Source of the DNA: Lepidodermella squamata
Taxonomy: Eukaryota > Animalia > Gastrotricha
Assembly: GCA_047495785.1 (NCBI GenBank)
Contig: JBLDXI010000009.1
Span: forward strand, 1,054,001 to 1,118,000
DNA: 64,000 nt
Reading direction: 5' to 3'
Part shown: in pieces, positions 12,767 through 24,597 of the stretch
Layout of the letters: every line of letters starts with the position of its first letter
Position numbering within the stretch: position 1 is the stretch's first letter
Translations under genes and position numbers: made by a program
The notes under the pieces: model-generated
The model's input: the letters and a program-made list of their open reading frames with translations, nothing else
Told to the model about the DNA's origin: nothing
The model's database searches: none

Positions 12767-12849
12767 CTGTATATTTTATCTCTTTTTTGTTACGGCAAAG
12801 AAATAAAAATATGTTATATTTGAAATTAGGTGTTTGCCATTTTATTCTT

Positions 12850-14156
12850 ATGATTACTTGGCCGAGTGTTTTAACTCCTACCGTGGGTATTGTTTGCATT
12901 ATTGGTGCCGCAGCGATTGCTCAGTGGCTGCTCGGCGGTACAACCGTGAAAAAGAGAAAGAAAGGTTATTTTGAATACTTCAGACATTCGAAACTACTGT
13001 TTTATGCGTCATATCAGATTTACCCCCAGGACTGATCAATATTGGCTGGACTACATGCTATTGTAATACTGTGCTTCAAAGCATGGCGTCTCTTGATAGC
13101 TTGCGGGAATGGCTAGAAAAGGTCATGCAAGTCAATCCATCTCCCAATTTACACATCACCACGTGGAAATTGTTGTATGGTAATGAAAGAATGAGTTCCA
13201 CTGCATAAAGTGACAGATTTTAATTTAGAACTTAATCACGCTGATCCTGAGATAAACCTATTATCGAGTGAAAACCTGCTTTCTACTTTGGACCTCCGGA
13301 ATAAGTTCAAATTTTTCACGCAGCAAGTAAACTACAAATAATATATGTTTGCTCATCTAGCGATGATTTCGTATTCATTAGGATTGCCAAGAGTTCCTAC
13401 TGTTCATGTGTGATCAGCTTCAGCCATCTGCAGTCTTAACGAAGAGCCAAGGTTTTGGCCTTCACCATGCTTCAATTTCGACTTCGAAAATTATTCCGAA
13501 GTTTCCGCTTAGTGCAAAGCTGTCATCTCGTTTGAGATGTTTGAAATGTAATCATGCATCGCCAACAACAGTCGAGGCATTCGTTGCCCTTTCACTCGTT
13601 GTTCCCGCTCACCAGTCTGCCTCGAAATCTAATCCTGGGCGCTTTCTGCCTAATCTAAGCGACCTGATGTCATATTTCACTGCTGAAGAACTAGTTGGCG
13701 ATGCTAAATGCGAAAACTGTAATGAAAAAAACTGCTTGAAAAAGCAGGTCAAAATCTTTTCGGTGAGTCGGTCACATTTTTATTAAAATACATTAACAAA
13801 ACCGAACTCGTCAGGCTCCTCAAATTTTGTGTCTACATATAATTCGATCCGGTTGGAGCAACGATACCGCTACAAAAAAAGGCGAGCAAGTTATTTTTCC
13901 GGACACGCTCGACTTGTCACCATTCATGCATTTTAAATGCAAGCAGCTGCTCTACCGGCTACGCTCATTGATTGTGCATTATGGCTCAAAAACGTCCAGC
14001 GGCCACTTCATTGCTTATAGAAGATCACCTTCCGGGCGAAAATGGTGTTACGCTTCTGACGAAGAGGTTCGGTTCGTCGATATAGGTGACGTGCTGGCAT
14101 CTGAGCCTTATTTGTTGTTTTATGAGCGTTATATGCCTCTTGATCCTTGCTCGTGA
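12850..14156 (+). CDS. USP30: Ubiquitin-specific protease 30-like (N-terminal TM anchor plus USP domain)
   Basis: Hydrophobic N-terminus followed by KKRKK; Cys box GLINIGWTTCYCNTVLQ; QQ|DCQEF across an intron; CLKC/CENC; His box VHYGSKTSSGHFIAYRR...ASDEEV...YLLFYE. Confidence 0.8.
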
Positions 14157-14240
14157 AGTCAGCGTATTCAACTCTGGGCGGCAAAAAATCTTTCATTTAA
14201 ATGCTATTTCTTATTTCAGACGTATTTAACAGAAATAAAT

Positions 14241-15767
14241 ATGGAAACTAAGACGTATGATGTTATTGTTGTTGGTGCTGGGATAATGGGTCTGTCAAGT
14301 GCACTTTTTTGTCAAAAATCTGGGCTTCGAACTCTGCTTTTGGAACAATTTGTCTATCCGCACTCTCGGGGCTCCAGTCATGGAGCGTCTAGAATCACGA
14401 GGAAAGCTTATTTGGAATCGAGTGAAATCTCGAAAATGATGCAAGAGGCGCACGATTTATGGCACATGATAGAGACCGAAACGCAAAGTAAACTTCACTT
14501 GTAAGTCCGCAGTGGAATAAATTCAGCAATTTATTTAAAAAATCGAAAATTAGGAAGATTGGAACTTTGTATGTTGAAGCTAATCCGGCGCCCAATTTAA
14601 GTGCGATTGCCGAAGTAAATGATCGCTTAGGCTACGAGTATACCATGTTAGACGAAGACGGTCTGCGAGAGCGTTATGGCAATTCTTTCAGATTTCCGAA
14701 CTATTCAGGCCTATTAGACCACGATGGTGGCCTGCTCCGTGCGGATCTTTGTTGTAAAAAGATTTTCGTTCGTTGGATGTTTCTTTTACTTCACATTAAT
14801 GACTAAATCTACTGATTTGAACAACGCAGGAAATGTTCAAGTCTGCTGGTGGTGACTTCGTAGACCAATTCAAAATTGTGGACATCATTCCTGGACCACC
14901 AGTTCAGGTGAAATCGAGCTCAGGAGCAGTGTGCCATAGCCGTAAGCTGGTAGTATCGGCTGGTCCTTGGGCTGGAGAACTTTTAAAGATCTTACAGCTT
15001 GAATTGCCTTTACAAGTAAACTTGTTATAGATTATTCCAGGAAAAAGCAACTAAAGGGTTATACTCACAGCCGGAAGCTGTGTCAGTTACTTACTGGCAG
15101 GCTATGAATCAAAATTTTGGTCCTGACAAGTTTCCGTGCTTTTACGATGTCACCACGCATGTCTACGCCCTCCCGGCCTTCGAATATCCGAATTTGGTAA
15201 TTGATCAACCAATTATGACAAGACGTTTTTAATTATTGTTTTAGGTCAAGGTAATCGGTTTCAAGCCTTAACAATCTTCACTAGCAATTTTCTACTTATC
15301 CGAAGCTTGTTGATCCACACACAAATGAGGCTGTGTCTTCGCCTGAATCACGAGACGCGAACGTTGTGTCCAAAGAGTCTTTGATGAGCTTTTACGAATC
15401 TTACATGGAGCAGCATTTTCCGAATCTTTCAACTCCCCCAGCTATCATCGAGCGATGCATGTACACTCGCACCCCAGGTAATAACTCTTCATTGTAGCGT
15501 ATCGTTCATTGATTTTGCTACGCCAGATGACATTTGGATAATCGATGAGCATCCAAAACACAAAAATGTAGTCATTTTGGCAGGATTTTCCGGTCATGGT
15601 TTCAAGGCGGGACCCTTAGTTGGCAAGGTATATTTTCATTAATAAATTGCCTTTCGGTATTTCTACCAATTATTTCACTGCAGCTTGCCAGCGAAATGTT
15701 GAGCGGTGCTGGAACCGGGCGTTACAACATGAGTGAATTCAAGATCGATCGTTTTCAAAAGAAATAA
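14241..15767 (+). CDS. PIPOX: Sarcosine/L-pipecolate oxidase, copy 2
   Basis: YDVIVVGAGIMG, HSRGSSHGASRI, SAGPW, CMYTRTP|D, GFSGHGFK; ends ...FKIDRFQKK* with TAA at 15765-15767. Includes a 6-nt exon at 15245-15250. Confidence 0.9.
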
Positions 15768-15861
15768 TTCGATTAGGAGATTTATTCATCAATCAACAGT
15801 AATTTATTATTATATGATCAGAAATTATTGAAAGAAGAGAGGTATTAATAATTTGAGCATG

Positions 15862-17418
15862 CTATGCTTGCCGATTCAGAAAATCATTCAATGTAAATTC
15901 TGTATCTTTGATATCCGTGCCGCATGGTCGTGTGAACTCTTGGCCCCGGCTGAGGACCCATTTATTTACTACCCATTTCTCGCCTTCCAATACCTGCGCA
16001 ATACATACTGAATAATGGTATTTCCAATAAAACAAGCTTTCAATTACCGGACATGCACCATGTAACGACATTTTGTCACCAGATTCAGTATTCCGATCGG
16101 CATTGTACCAAAACAAGGCAGCTTTTGCCATAGGTTTCACCTGAGAAAATGTGAATGTTTTAAGAAGAGAAAAAGAGTCCATTATTATGCAACAATGCGC
16201 AATGATGCACGATCATACAATCATTGAATGCAATGTCATTCCAACTTACACGTAATCCCAAACGCGGAAAAACAGTAGCGCCACCTGATGTGACAGAATT
16301 CAAGTAAAGCAGTATTGTGGCAATCCTCTGACCAACTTTTTGCCGCACTTTGGCTCCATCTTCTATGAAATCATAATGTGGCACATACAAGCCTCCTACG
16401 CCGTAGTGCGCCACTTGAAAGTTTTCCGATGCATCATTTTGCAGATTCAAATTTGTTGCAGCTGATAGCCGATCACTAAGAGATTTGACAAGTTTGCTGC
16501 TCACCCACGCGACATCGGTGCGTCTGGATAAAAACTCAGCCTAACAAAAAAGGCAGCACAGGATAAATCACCAGTAACGTTGGAGCTGATATTGATACCT
16601 GTGGACCCACATTTTTCGAATCACTGATCACTTTAGCTGTGGAAAATTTTTCCCGGGCGAGACTTTTCAGTGATTCGATCTCTGTAGCAGAAACGATATC
16701 GTGAAATAACACTATCAGCGGTTTTACGCTCAATATTTCTTCTTTCGATGGTGAAAGCACAAACAAGGGCGATTCTTTTGGAGAGGAAAGCCTGCAAAAC
16801 CCGGAAGAAAGGCGTTCGGGGGCGGAACCTGCGGAAAACTTAAGCTTAAATAATGTCAAGACACGCGTGAAAGTCGGCTTACCTTCGACACAAAATTTAT
16901 AATGAGATATATTTTGCTGTAAAATGGCAAGACGCCTGAGAGCTTCGATGGGAATCGAATGCGCTGATTTAGAATATGTGTTGAGGACTGCATTTATTTC
17001 GTAATTTAGCTTCAAATCGTTGATCGCATCAGGAAGTGTCGTATAATTTTGAAGACTTAGATACTTTTCCATCCAAAATGCAGCCTTCTTGAATTCCTTT
17101 GCTTCAGCAGCCAAGCGATGCATCCGATCTGCCAAAGCCACCTACATTCCGTCAAAGCAAACTGTTTACCAAAGTATACTGCGAGTGAATCGTTCTATCA
17201 TTTTCTCTCTATGGATTCGATGAGAAGATTTGACTTACTTTTAATTCAGCCTGTCCATCCCATTCGCTTATTTTGCGAAATAAATATTTCCCTTCAATGA
17301 AAGCCATTGCAGGATCTTTATTTTCTTCGCCCAAAAACTTCCGGATGTCTGCCAATTCGAAAGCGCATGTTACCACACAGCTGACAATGAATATAATCGC
17401 CGAAATCTCATTAATCAT
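15862..17418 (-). CDS. P4HA: Collagen prolyl 4-hydroxylase alpha subunit (shortened N-terminal region)
   Basis: Signal peptide; FVLSPSKEEILSVKPLIVLFHD; ENFQVAHYGVGGLYVPHYD; RIATILLYL; GGATVFP; SLHGACPV; GEKWVVNKW. The Fe/2-oxoglutarate ligands His-x-Asp, His and Lys are present. Confidence 0.92.
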
Positions 17419-18759
17419 ATTTATTTCGCAAGCATTGTGAATTGCCTACACTTTTAAAACAGCGCATTTTGAGTTCTGAAGGCATTCGAAATGTGGCCCT
17501 GGGTTCAAGCGCTCACAGCGACCGTCATAAAAGCAAGACAAGCTTCAAAGCAAAGCAAACAAAACAAACATAAAAGCCTTCTTAGCATCTGAGAACGGAG
17601 ACATGCAAAAATCTTTGAACGCTCTAGGTGGCAATTGGCTTTCTCTGAGGTCTGAGGTTAAGAGGGATTTGAGTCACGACCACGATGGCGATGTTGGTTG
17701 GCATTGTGCGACACAGGATACCTTGGAAACCCATGAAGCCTTTCCTATTTCCATTATTTTGAAATCGGCGCCTTTTATTTGTTTTATTTGCTGCAACGCA
17801 GTCGGTATTCTTATAGCATATATTTTGGAGATATGACATAATTCCTTGAAAACCAAATGGTTTCTCCAACTTTATGTATTTTTTTATTTCGCCTTTTTTG
17901 ATGAGGGAGGTCCATATTTCCATATCTTCGACCTGAGACGCCAACTCCCACCTCACCTATATCGAAAATCTTCGGTCATGGTACGTGTAAATGCTTGACT
18001 TCTCCGCGATGCAATCAAACAGCTGGCTAAGAAATACCACTTGGGCTTTGACTTTTGGGCGTTGATCAGTGGCGCAGATGAACCCCGATAGCGATCGTGC
18101 TGTGAACACAGCTTCACTCCTTAACATGACACTTTGCTGGCTGTGTTATTTAACCACAGGATGATTGCTTAGCCTTGCAATTTTCATGCGTTACATTCCC
18201 CAAGACAAAGATTTTTTTAGCCTAGTCATTTGAGATTTGAGCTTCGAGCTCTGCTTTTTGCGTTTTCAAGGGGTGGGGCGATGCGGACACTACCGAACGT
18301 TAGGAGAAAGTAAGTTTGCCGCCAAATGGCGCACATTCAGATTTAATAAAGTAAAACGCGACGTTGTTACCAATTACTCGTACCGTCGATGCTTTTCTCA
18401 AACTTACCCCAACTGACTGCAAGTAGCCAGTAGCCCTTGCCATCCGTGATTGACGTAAGATCATATTATTTGGCCGAATTCAAATGCTATCCATCTTTTT
18501 TAGACACCTTTTGCATCTTATGCATCTTATGAAAAGCCTTCTTATTTGTTTGTTATTCTTTTATTCTTGTTTATTCTCTCTGGTTAATAAATTGAAGCCA
18601 CGGTGCTTCGTTCTTTTGTAAATTCCTTTTTCAAGTCAACTCTTTGACACGCTGCGCGCGGGCTTCAGTCATTCGATGAAACTGATTGATTGACCCTCGA
18701 GCAGCCTTTCTGCTTGAGATGCAGCGTAGCAATACCGACATTTTTCTGCCCAAAAGCTC

Positions 18760-21700
18760 ATGACGGATGCAGTGAGTAGCTAGCATTCATGATGCAAGAT
18801 CCGCTAGGTTCTATATCTAAGTGCATATACAGCTTTGCTTGGGCTACCTATTACCTAATATAAGATAACATCATTGACCCATGTTTTTCAAGCTGCAGAA
18901 ATATTCTGCCTTGCGTTTTCACCTGATTATTTGCCGAAGAGTGTTTCAGTTACCAGTTTTGCCTTAATGAAAGGGATGAGCCCTGCACAGTGTGCTTTTA
19001 TACCTTTTTCCTCGTCATTTGATAACTTGCTTGATTTCGATTACACTTACGAAGCCTAAATTGATTCGCTATTACGCAAGTACATTTTTTGGTTGTGAAT
19101 GTGTTATTGCAACGCCAAAAATGCATTCTAAACCATGAAAGGGTTTGTGACAAGACTTTGAGCTCACGTCATGTATACTTAATCATCATCAAATAATATG
19201 CATCTTGTCAGTTAGATTTCTGTTAACATGTTTATTATCCATAGCTGATGCGTTTGACTGTTATTCGTGCATTCGGACAAAAGGCGGAATCAACTCATTA
19301 AAATTGTTGCACTTGTTCCGAGGAAAACTTTCCTACAATTTCGTCCAACTGCGATATAATTGCAGATAGGTTATCCCAGGCCTTGAACAACGCAGATCCC
19401 GATGTTTTTCTGAAGATCTACGACGAGCTTAAATCCGAGGGCTTCACAAAAGAACAAGTAAGTTCTGATTTATAATTAATTGGTTACATGGTAATTTCCA
19501 CCATCGGTTATACCCATATTGAATTTAAACATGAAATAAGTTCAGACTCACAGTTTATTAGATCAGTCTTAGCCCACTTCTATTTGAGATGATGCATAAA
19601 GTTTCATTTCATTAATACTTTCATTATTTTTTTCATCCAAATCTACCAAAGAATTGTTGTACCAAATCTAAATATATCAAGTATTGGTATTGTTACTGCA
19701 TTTATATGCTTGGTGTAATATAGGATCAGTCGAATACTCACTTGTCGTCATTTATTTTATTGGTATAATTGTTCCCATGTATTACATTTTCGCTCTGACT
19801 TATTGGCCATAGCCATGAGGGCTATATGCGTGTTTTTATATATACGTATATGCCTTAGCTGAATAGTATTATCTTTATTCGGTGTGCTCCTACATAATTG
19901 TACTATCTGCTTGATATAGGTAGACTACATAAAAGAGCAAGCTAGGCAGCGGTTTGACGAAGTGTCGGATCGCGAGCAGTTTGTTTGTTTGCCATCTCCG
20001 TCTTCTCTGTCAGTATCGGAAGGCTACGCTCATATTCTCCTTCACAGCAGCGGCGATAGCAAACCTATTACTACCAATACTACTACCACTACTACTATCA
20101 GCAATGTAAGCACCGCTCATCAGTCTAATCCGCACTTCTTAGCCTGTAATAATGGTATTAAAAATACAAATCATGCACGCCGTGTGTGCATTGCGTTTAT
20201 TGCATTAAGTATTGAATCACATTTTTTGCATTCTGGAATGCCCAGAATGTTTGTTTGAAATAGCCACAATCGACCAAAGGGCACAAAACCCCAATAACTG
20301 TGATTGAAAATTGATATAAAAATGCACGTTGTCGTTCCAGATTGCAGCATTGGAACAAGTTGAAAAGTCGCAACAAATGAAAAGTTCCTATTCGTCAAAA
20401 TACCATCAAGATAGTGATAATCTGTCAGCTGTTGATCCGTGCTTTGCCATCGTCACTTCCAACCCTCACAATGGTGATGACAGCCGGAGCAATGTGACGA
20501 GCTCTTCGGAAGCTGGTGGCTGCTATATGGGCAATGATCTTTATGACTGCAGCGATACCGGTAGCTGCAGCGGTAGCAGTAATAAATTCCAAACGATTCC
20601 TAACAAGCAATATGACGAGTCTTTTCCTTGCCACTCAGTAAGATCGAAAAAAATTGAACCGTGGTGATCATTTTCTGCTATGTTTGCTATTCAGGATGAC
20701 GAATCGTCACCTTCCGAGTCTCCTGAGCGGCATCGTTTTGCCGAATCGGCCGGATTCAAAGATTCTAAGAAGTTGAACAACGATCCAAACGATGAAGTTT
20801 ATATGGTAGACTCGTCGGACGGCGGTGAATCGCCTCGTGGCCAGGCATCGCGTGGAAAATCAAACGAGAAGTAAGTATAAATTTATTAGATGTAACCTTT
20901 CACGTCGATTCGTCATTTGTAGACAAGCGTGGACGCGTGATCACGTGTCAAACAACCGCGGAACTGCTCCTGATCATTGGGGTGGGCCTGTAGCCCCAGG
21001 TATTCGAGGCATGAAGTCCAGTGCAGTCGATGCGGCCACAACATTCTCGTACTTGACGCCTTACCCGCCTACAGTCACCGGCAAACGGTTAGTTATTATT
21101 ACATGCTTGAAATTAAACCGATTGAATCAAATCGTAATCGGGGTGGAAAGGCACAGTATTATAGCGCTTACCGACTTTGAAGCTGTCCCAACCGCTTGCG
21201 ATTAGGATGCAGTGGATTATCGGGATTGAGATGCTATAACTTCTCAAACAGCGGGGTGTATTTTTGGGACGAAGAGGCCCCCGCTGAGTTTTTTGCGGCG
21301 CTCACGTAACAATCGGCCTAAGGCGTAGGCGTAACCCTTTTCTACCGTAAATCTTTCCTAGCTAAACAAATTTGACCATACTCGATTTAGCTCTTACCAG
21401 ACTTTCACACCATTTCCTTATATTGCCGCTGTTTTGGCTTGAACGGGGTAATATAAATAAGGTTAATGTAATTGTTTTATGTATCATCCATCTACGTACG
21501 TATCTGGCGTTTTCCATCAGCGGATCACGCAGAATATTACGTGTGGTGTGGTAACACGCTTGTGTCTGTCTGTGTATTCGTCTGACCGCTCGTAGTATAC
21601 AACTAGGCTCGGCGTAGAGCGAGCTGTGGACTACCTTCAATGCAATATGCAAATTATCACGACGTATCAAAAGACTGCGTCGGCTATCCTAACATAAAGC

Positions 21701-24597
21701 TATGTATTATATCGGTTGAATTATACTTTGAGCCGGAGTGGCTCATTGTTCGCTCAACGCTCAACTACAATTCTTTCATTATCTACCCCTCCTCTATTGG
21801 TTCCCTTTCATGTGTAAATAATGTTTCACGCCAGATAACCTTTTTTTTAAATACTGAGTGTTTCTAGTTATTTTAGCCGCGATAAAATATTTTTTCCGCA
21901 TGGTTTTAACGAATGACCTGCCAAATTGGCCATTTCCTTTCTGCTTGGTAAATTCTCGCTAAAGTTTTAGGGATTGGTTTCAATCTTGAGATATTTCGTT
22001 AAACACTATCATCTATTCGGTTCTCTCTCACAGGCCTGAGAATCTCGTCAGCGGGATCAGCAACTTTGGCAGTCAACATCCATCAGACCGCGAAACGTGT
22101 TCGTCTTACACAATCACTCCCCCACCGGACCAGTCAGCATCTAGTGATTCTGTTGGCCGTCATTTGCCCAACAAACATGGAGGAGCTTCGGTGGTAAATG
22201 GCAGCAGCGGGCTTAACTACTCCCGCCAGGCCGGAATGTCTAAATATTCGTCTGACTATCAGCACGCCAACACGAATGGATCGAGTAAACTTGGCGCTGC
22301 TATAAGCCATCGATCCGGTCAGACTTACGGCGCTGTCGAGCATTCATCGAATGGCTCCGACTACCCGTCAGTTTACGTCCCAAAAGCCGTCCAGCAGCAT
22401 GATGGTTACGGTGCCGCTGATTTTGAGGCAAGAAATGGTGCTCGCACTGTCAGTCGCGGTCAACATGACGAGCATTCAGGCGCCAGTCGATCGCGTTCGC
22501 CGTCCTTCAGCCATGGCAAAACTGCTGACCCCAGGGGCAAAAAAGGGTCCAAAGGGAAGAAAAAGCAAGTCGACGAGTTCAAGGCTGAGCAGGTTGATGG
22601 TTTTCAAGGCAATAAAGATATCGACGAACTGTTGAAATTCATCGATCCCAAGGCTGCGAAGAAGGAGAAGATGAATGTGAGTCCAACTTCTTGGACTCTT
22701 GTTATTTCTAAAATTTGTTTTATGTTTATTTTAGAGAAAAACCAAATCTGCCCCAGCTAAGGGCGCCAAGAAGGGATCGGCCCCCACTGCGGTGGACTCG
22801 GATAGCGATGACACGGTTTCCGTTTTATCGAACCAAACCAACGTTACAATGGTGTCTAATGTCGAGCCGGAAACCGCAGCAACCAAAACTCAATCGTCCA
22901 AGAAAAAAACCACGGGCGCTTCAGAAACCTCTCACAATGTTACTGCAGTTAAGGACATTTCTGCTGTGCCGGCTAAGAGGGCTGATGCTAAAGAGCCTGA
23001 GAAAGTCGAAACAGTCAATGATTCGCCTCCCAGTGCTGAATCTCCGATATCATCGGAGGATTTGGCGATGATCATTGCCAGCGAAGAAATGATCACGCCT
23101 TCGCCGCCATTAGCACCTGCTGTTGAAGAATTTACCCCAGTCGACAGTAAGAAGCGGAATAAAAAGGCAAATCACGACCAGAAGGCACATCATCAGACGC
23201 AATCTCTCCCTCAAAGGAGCAATACTGGCACAAATCGTCGCCCGGTCTCGTCTAACAGTAACAACGATCAGACCTATTTATTACCGAAAACTGTCAACTC
23301 GAAACCTGCTCCGCCGCCTGTCAATCAAGATGCTGCTGATATGAACACCGGAAAAGAAGCCAACCAGCCGAAATCAACTGTTTCTCCGCCAGCTCCAAGT
23401 TCAACGTCTGCTAACGGAAATCAGAGCCATAATTGGTGGAATAATACACGTGACAGTGGTGTGGCTATGATATCTCGTATGATTGAAGCACCTGACTCGT
23501 CTTTTTTGTAATTTTTTATTTTAACAGCTACCGCCAGCAGAGAATCTGCTGCTTCGTCTTCGTCTGCATCGTCGACTTCATCTGTTGGCCGCTCGAGGCC
23601 TGTTTCGGACCTATGTGATCATTCCCCGGTGTCTACAATTCCCCGTCCTGTTTCTTCTCAAGAAACTTCAGCTGCGCCACCAGTTACTTCCTTTTCAGCT
23701 GCAGCCAAAAATAGTTTCGCCCCTACCGTACTACCCGAACAAACCGCACCAGCCACGGAAATCAATCATCAACCGTCTTCTAAGCCAGCTCTATCGACAA
23801 GTCTTTCTTCTACGCCTTTCGAAGTTCCATCTAAGAAAGCGATTCCTCTCACGTTTGGTTTCGCCGAGCCTGCTTCCATTCAGGTAACCATGAGCTATTT
23901 TACTTTTCGAAATGAGCTTGTGATGGTATAAGCTTTACCTTACCTTGTCCATGGATGGGTTACTGGATTTCTAAACTTAGCTGAATTTTCAAATCTCACC
24001 GAAGAAATTTTGGAAAAAAACGTTTCAAGACTTTTGATTTAACCTGAAGCAAGATTGGCTTCTTCCTTTATTTGAAGCCAGATTAATTAATTAACGTTTC
24101 ATCTTGTGTTTTTACAGCTTTCAAGCGACGCAGTTGTTTTCACGGACGGCAAGGATGAGAAAATGGATATCAAACGTTTCGGCATCAGCTTTGCAGGGCT
24201 GAACGACGTACAGCGTCCTAAACCGCAGCAACCGTCACAAGTTGGTGAAGCCTCTCCCATGGCGCCTGCTCCTAGTTCTACCTCGTCTATTTCGTTTGGC
24301 ACGCTGGATGCTAAAATGCTCAACGGTGCGGGCAGTGGTCAGCACCATTATTCAACGTCGTCATCTCGGTCTTCATTTACAACTGCTAATGAAGATGCAC
24401 CGAACGCTAGCGGCGGATTAGTTGCCGAGTCAGTTTCTCGCCGAAGCAGCAGCACTTCTTCCTCATTTGCAGCTGGCAAGACGTTGGGCTTGAAAGACGA
24501 AATGTTGCTTGACTTCCTTGCTCGAAGGTGGCACGAGATAGAAACCGCTAGATCATCGTCTGACGAGCGCCTGCGACCAGTTGTCCTTCAGTGTTGA
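18760..24597 (+). CDS. Uncharacterised large Ser/Pro/Lys-rich multi-exon protein (5' end uncertain)
   Basis: Exons can be joined in frame at GT-AG sites (~19380-19457, 19920-19982, 20341-~20637, 20695-~20870, 20923-21087, 22035-22676, ~22734-~23460, ~23528-23883, 24118-24597). Short ordered-looking motifs FQGNKDIDELLKFIDP and LLDFLARRWHEI sit in otherwise low-complexity sequence. Confidence 0.65.

Noticed and set aside
12850-14156. Host USP30 as the local donor of the transposon USP domain
   Set aside because: Only generic Cys/His box motifs are shared, no nucleotide similarity is visible, and the USP30 Cys box has an insertion absent from the TE domain.
17480-17525. GGTTCAAG B-box/T-loop-like motif (similar at 9-23)
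   Set aside because: No cloverleaf, acceptor stem or A box could be built, so not called tRNA or SINE.
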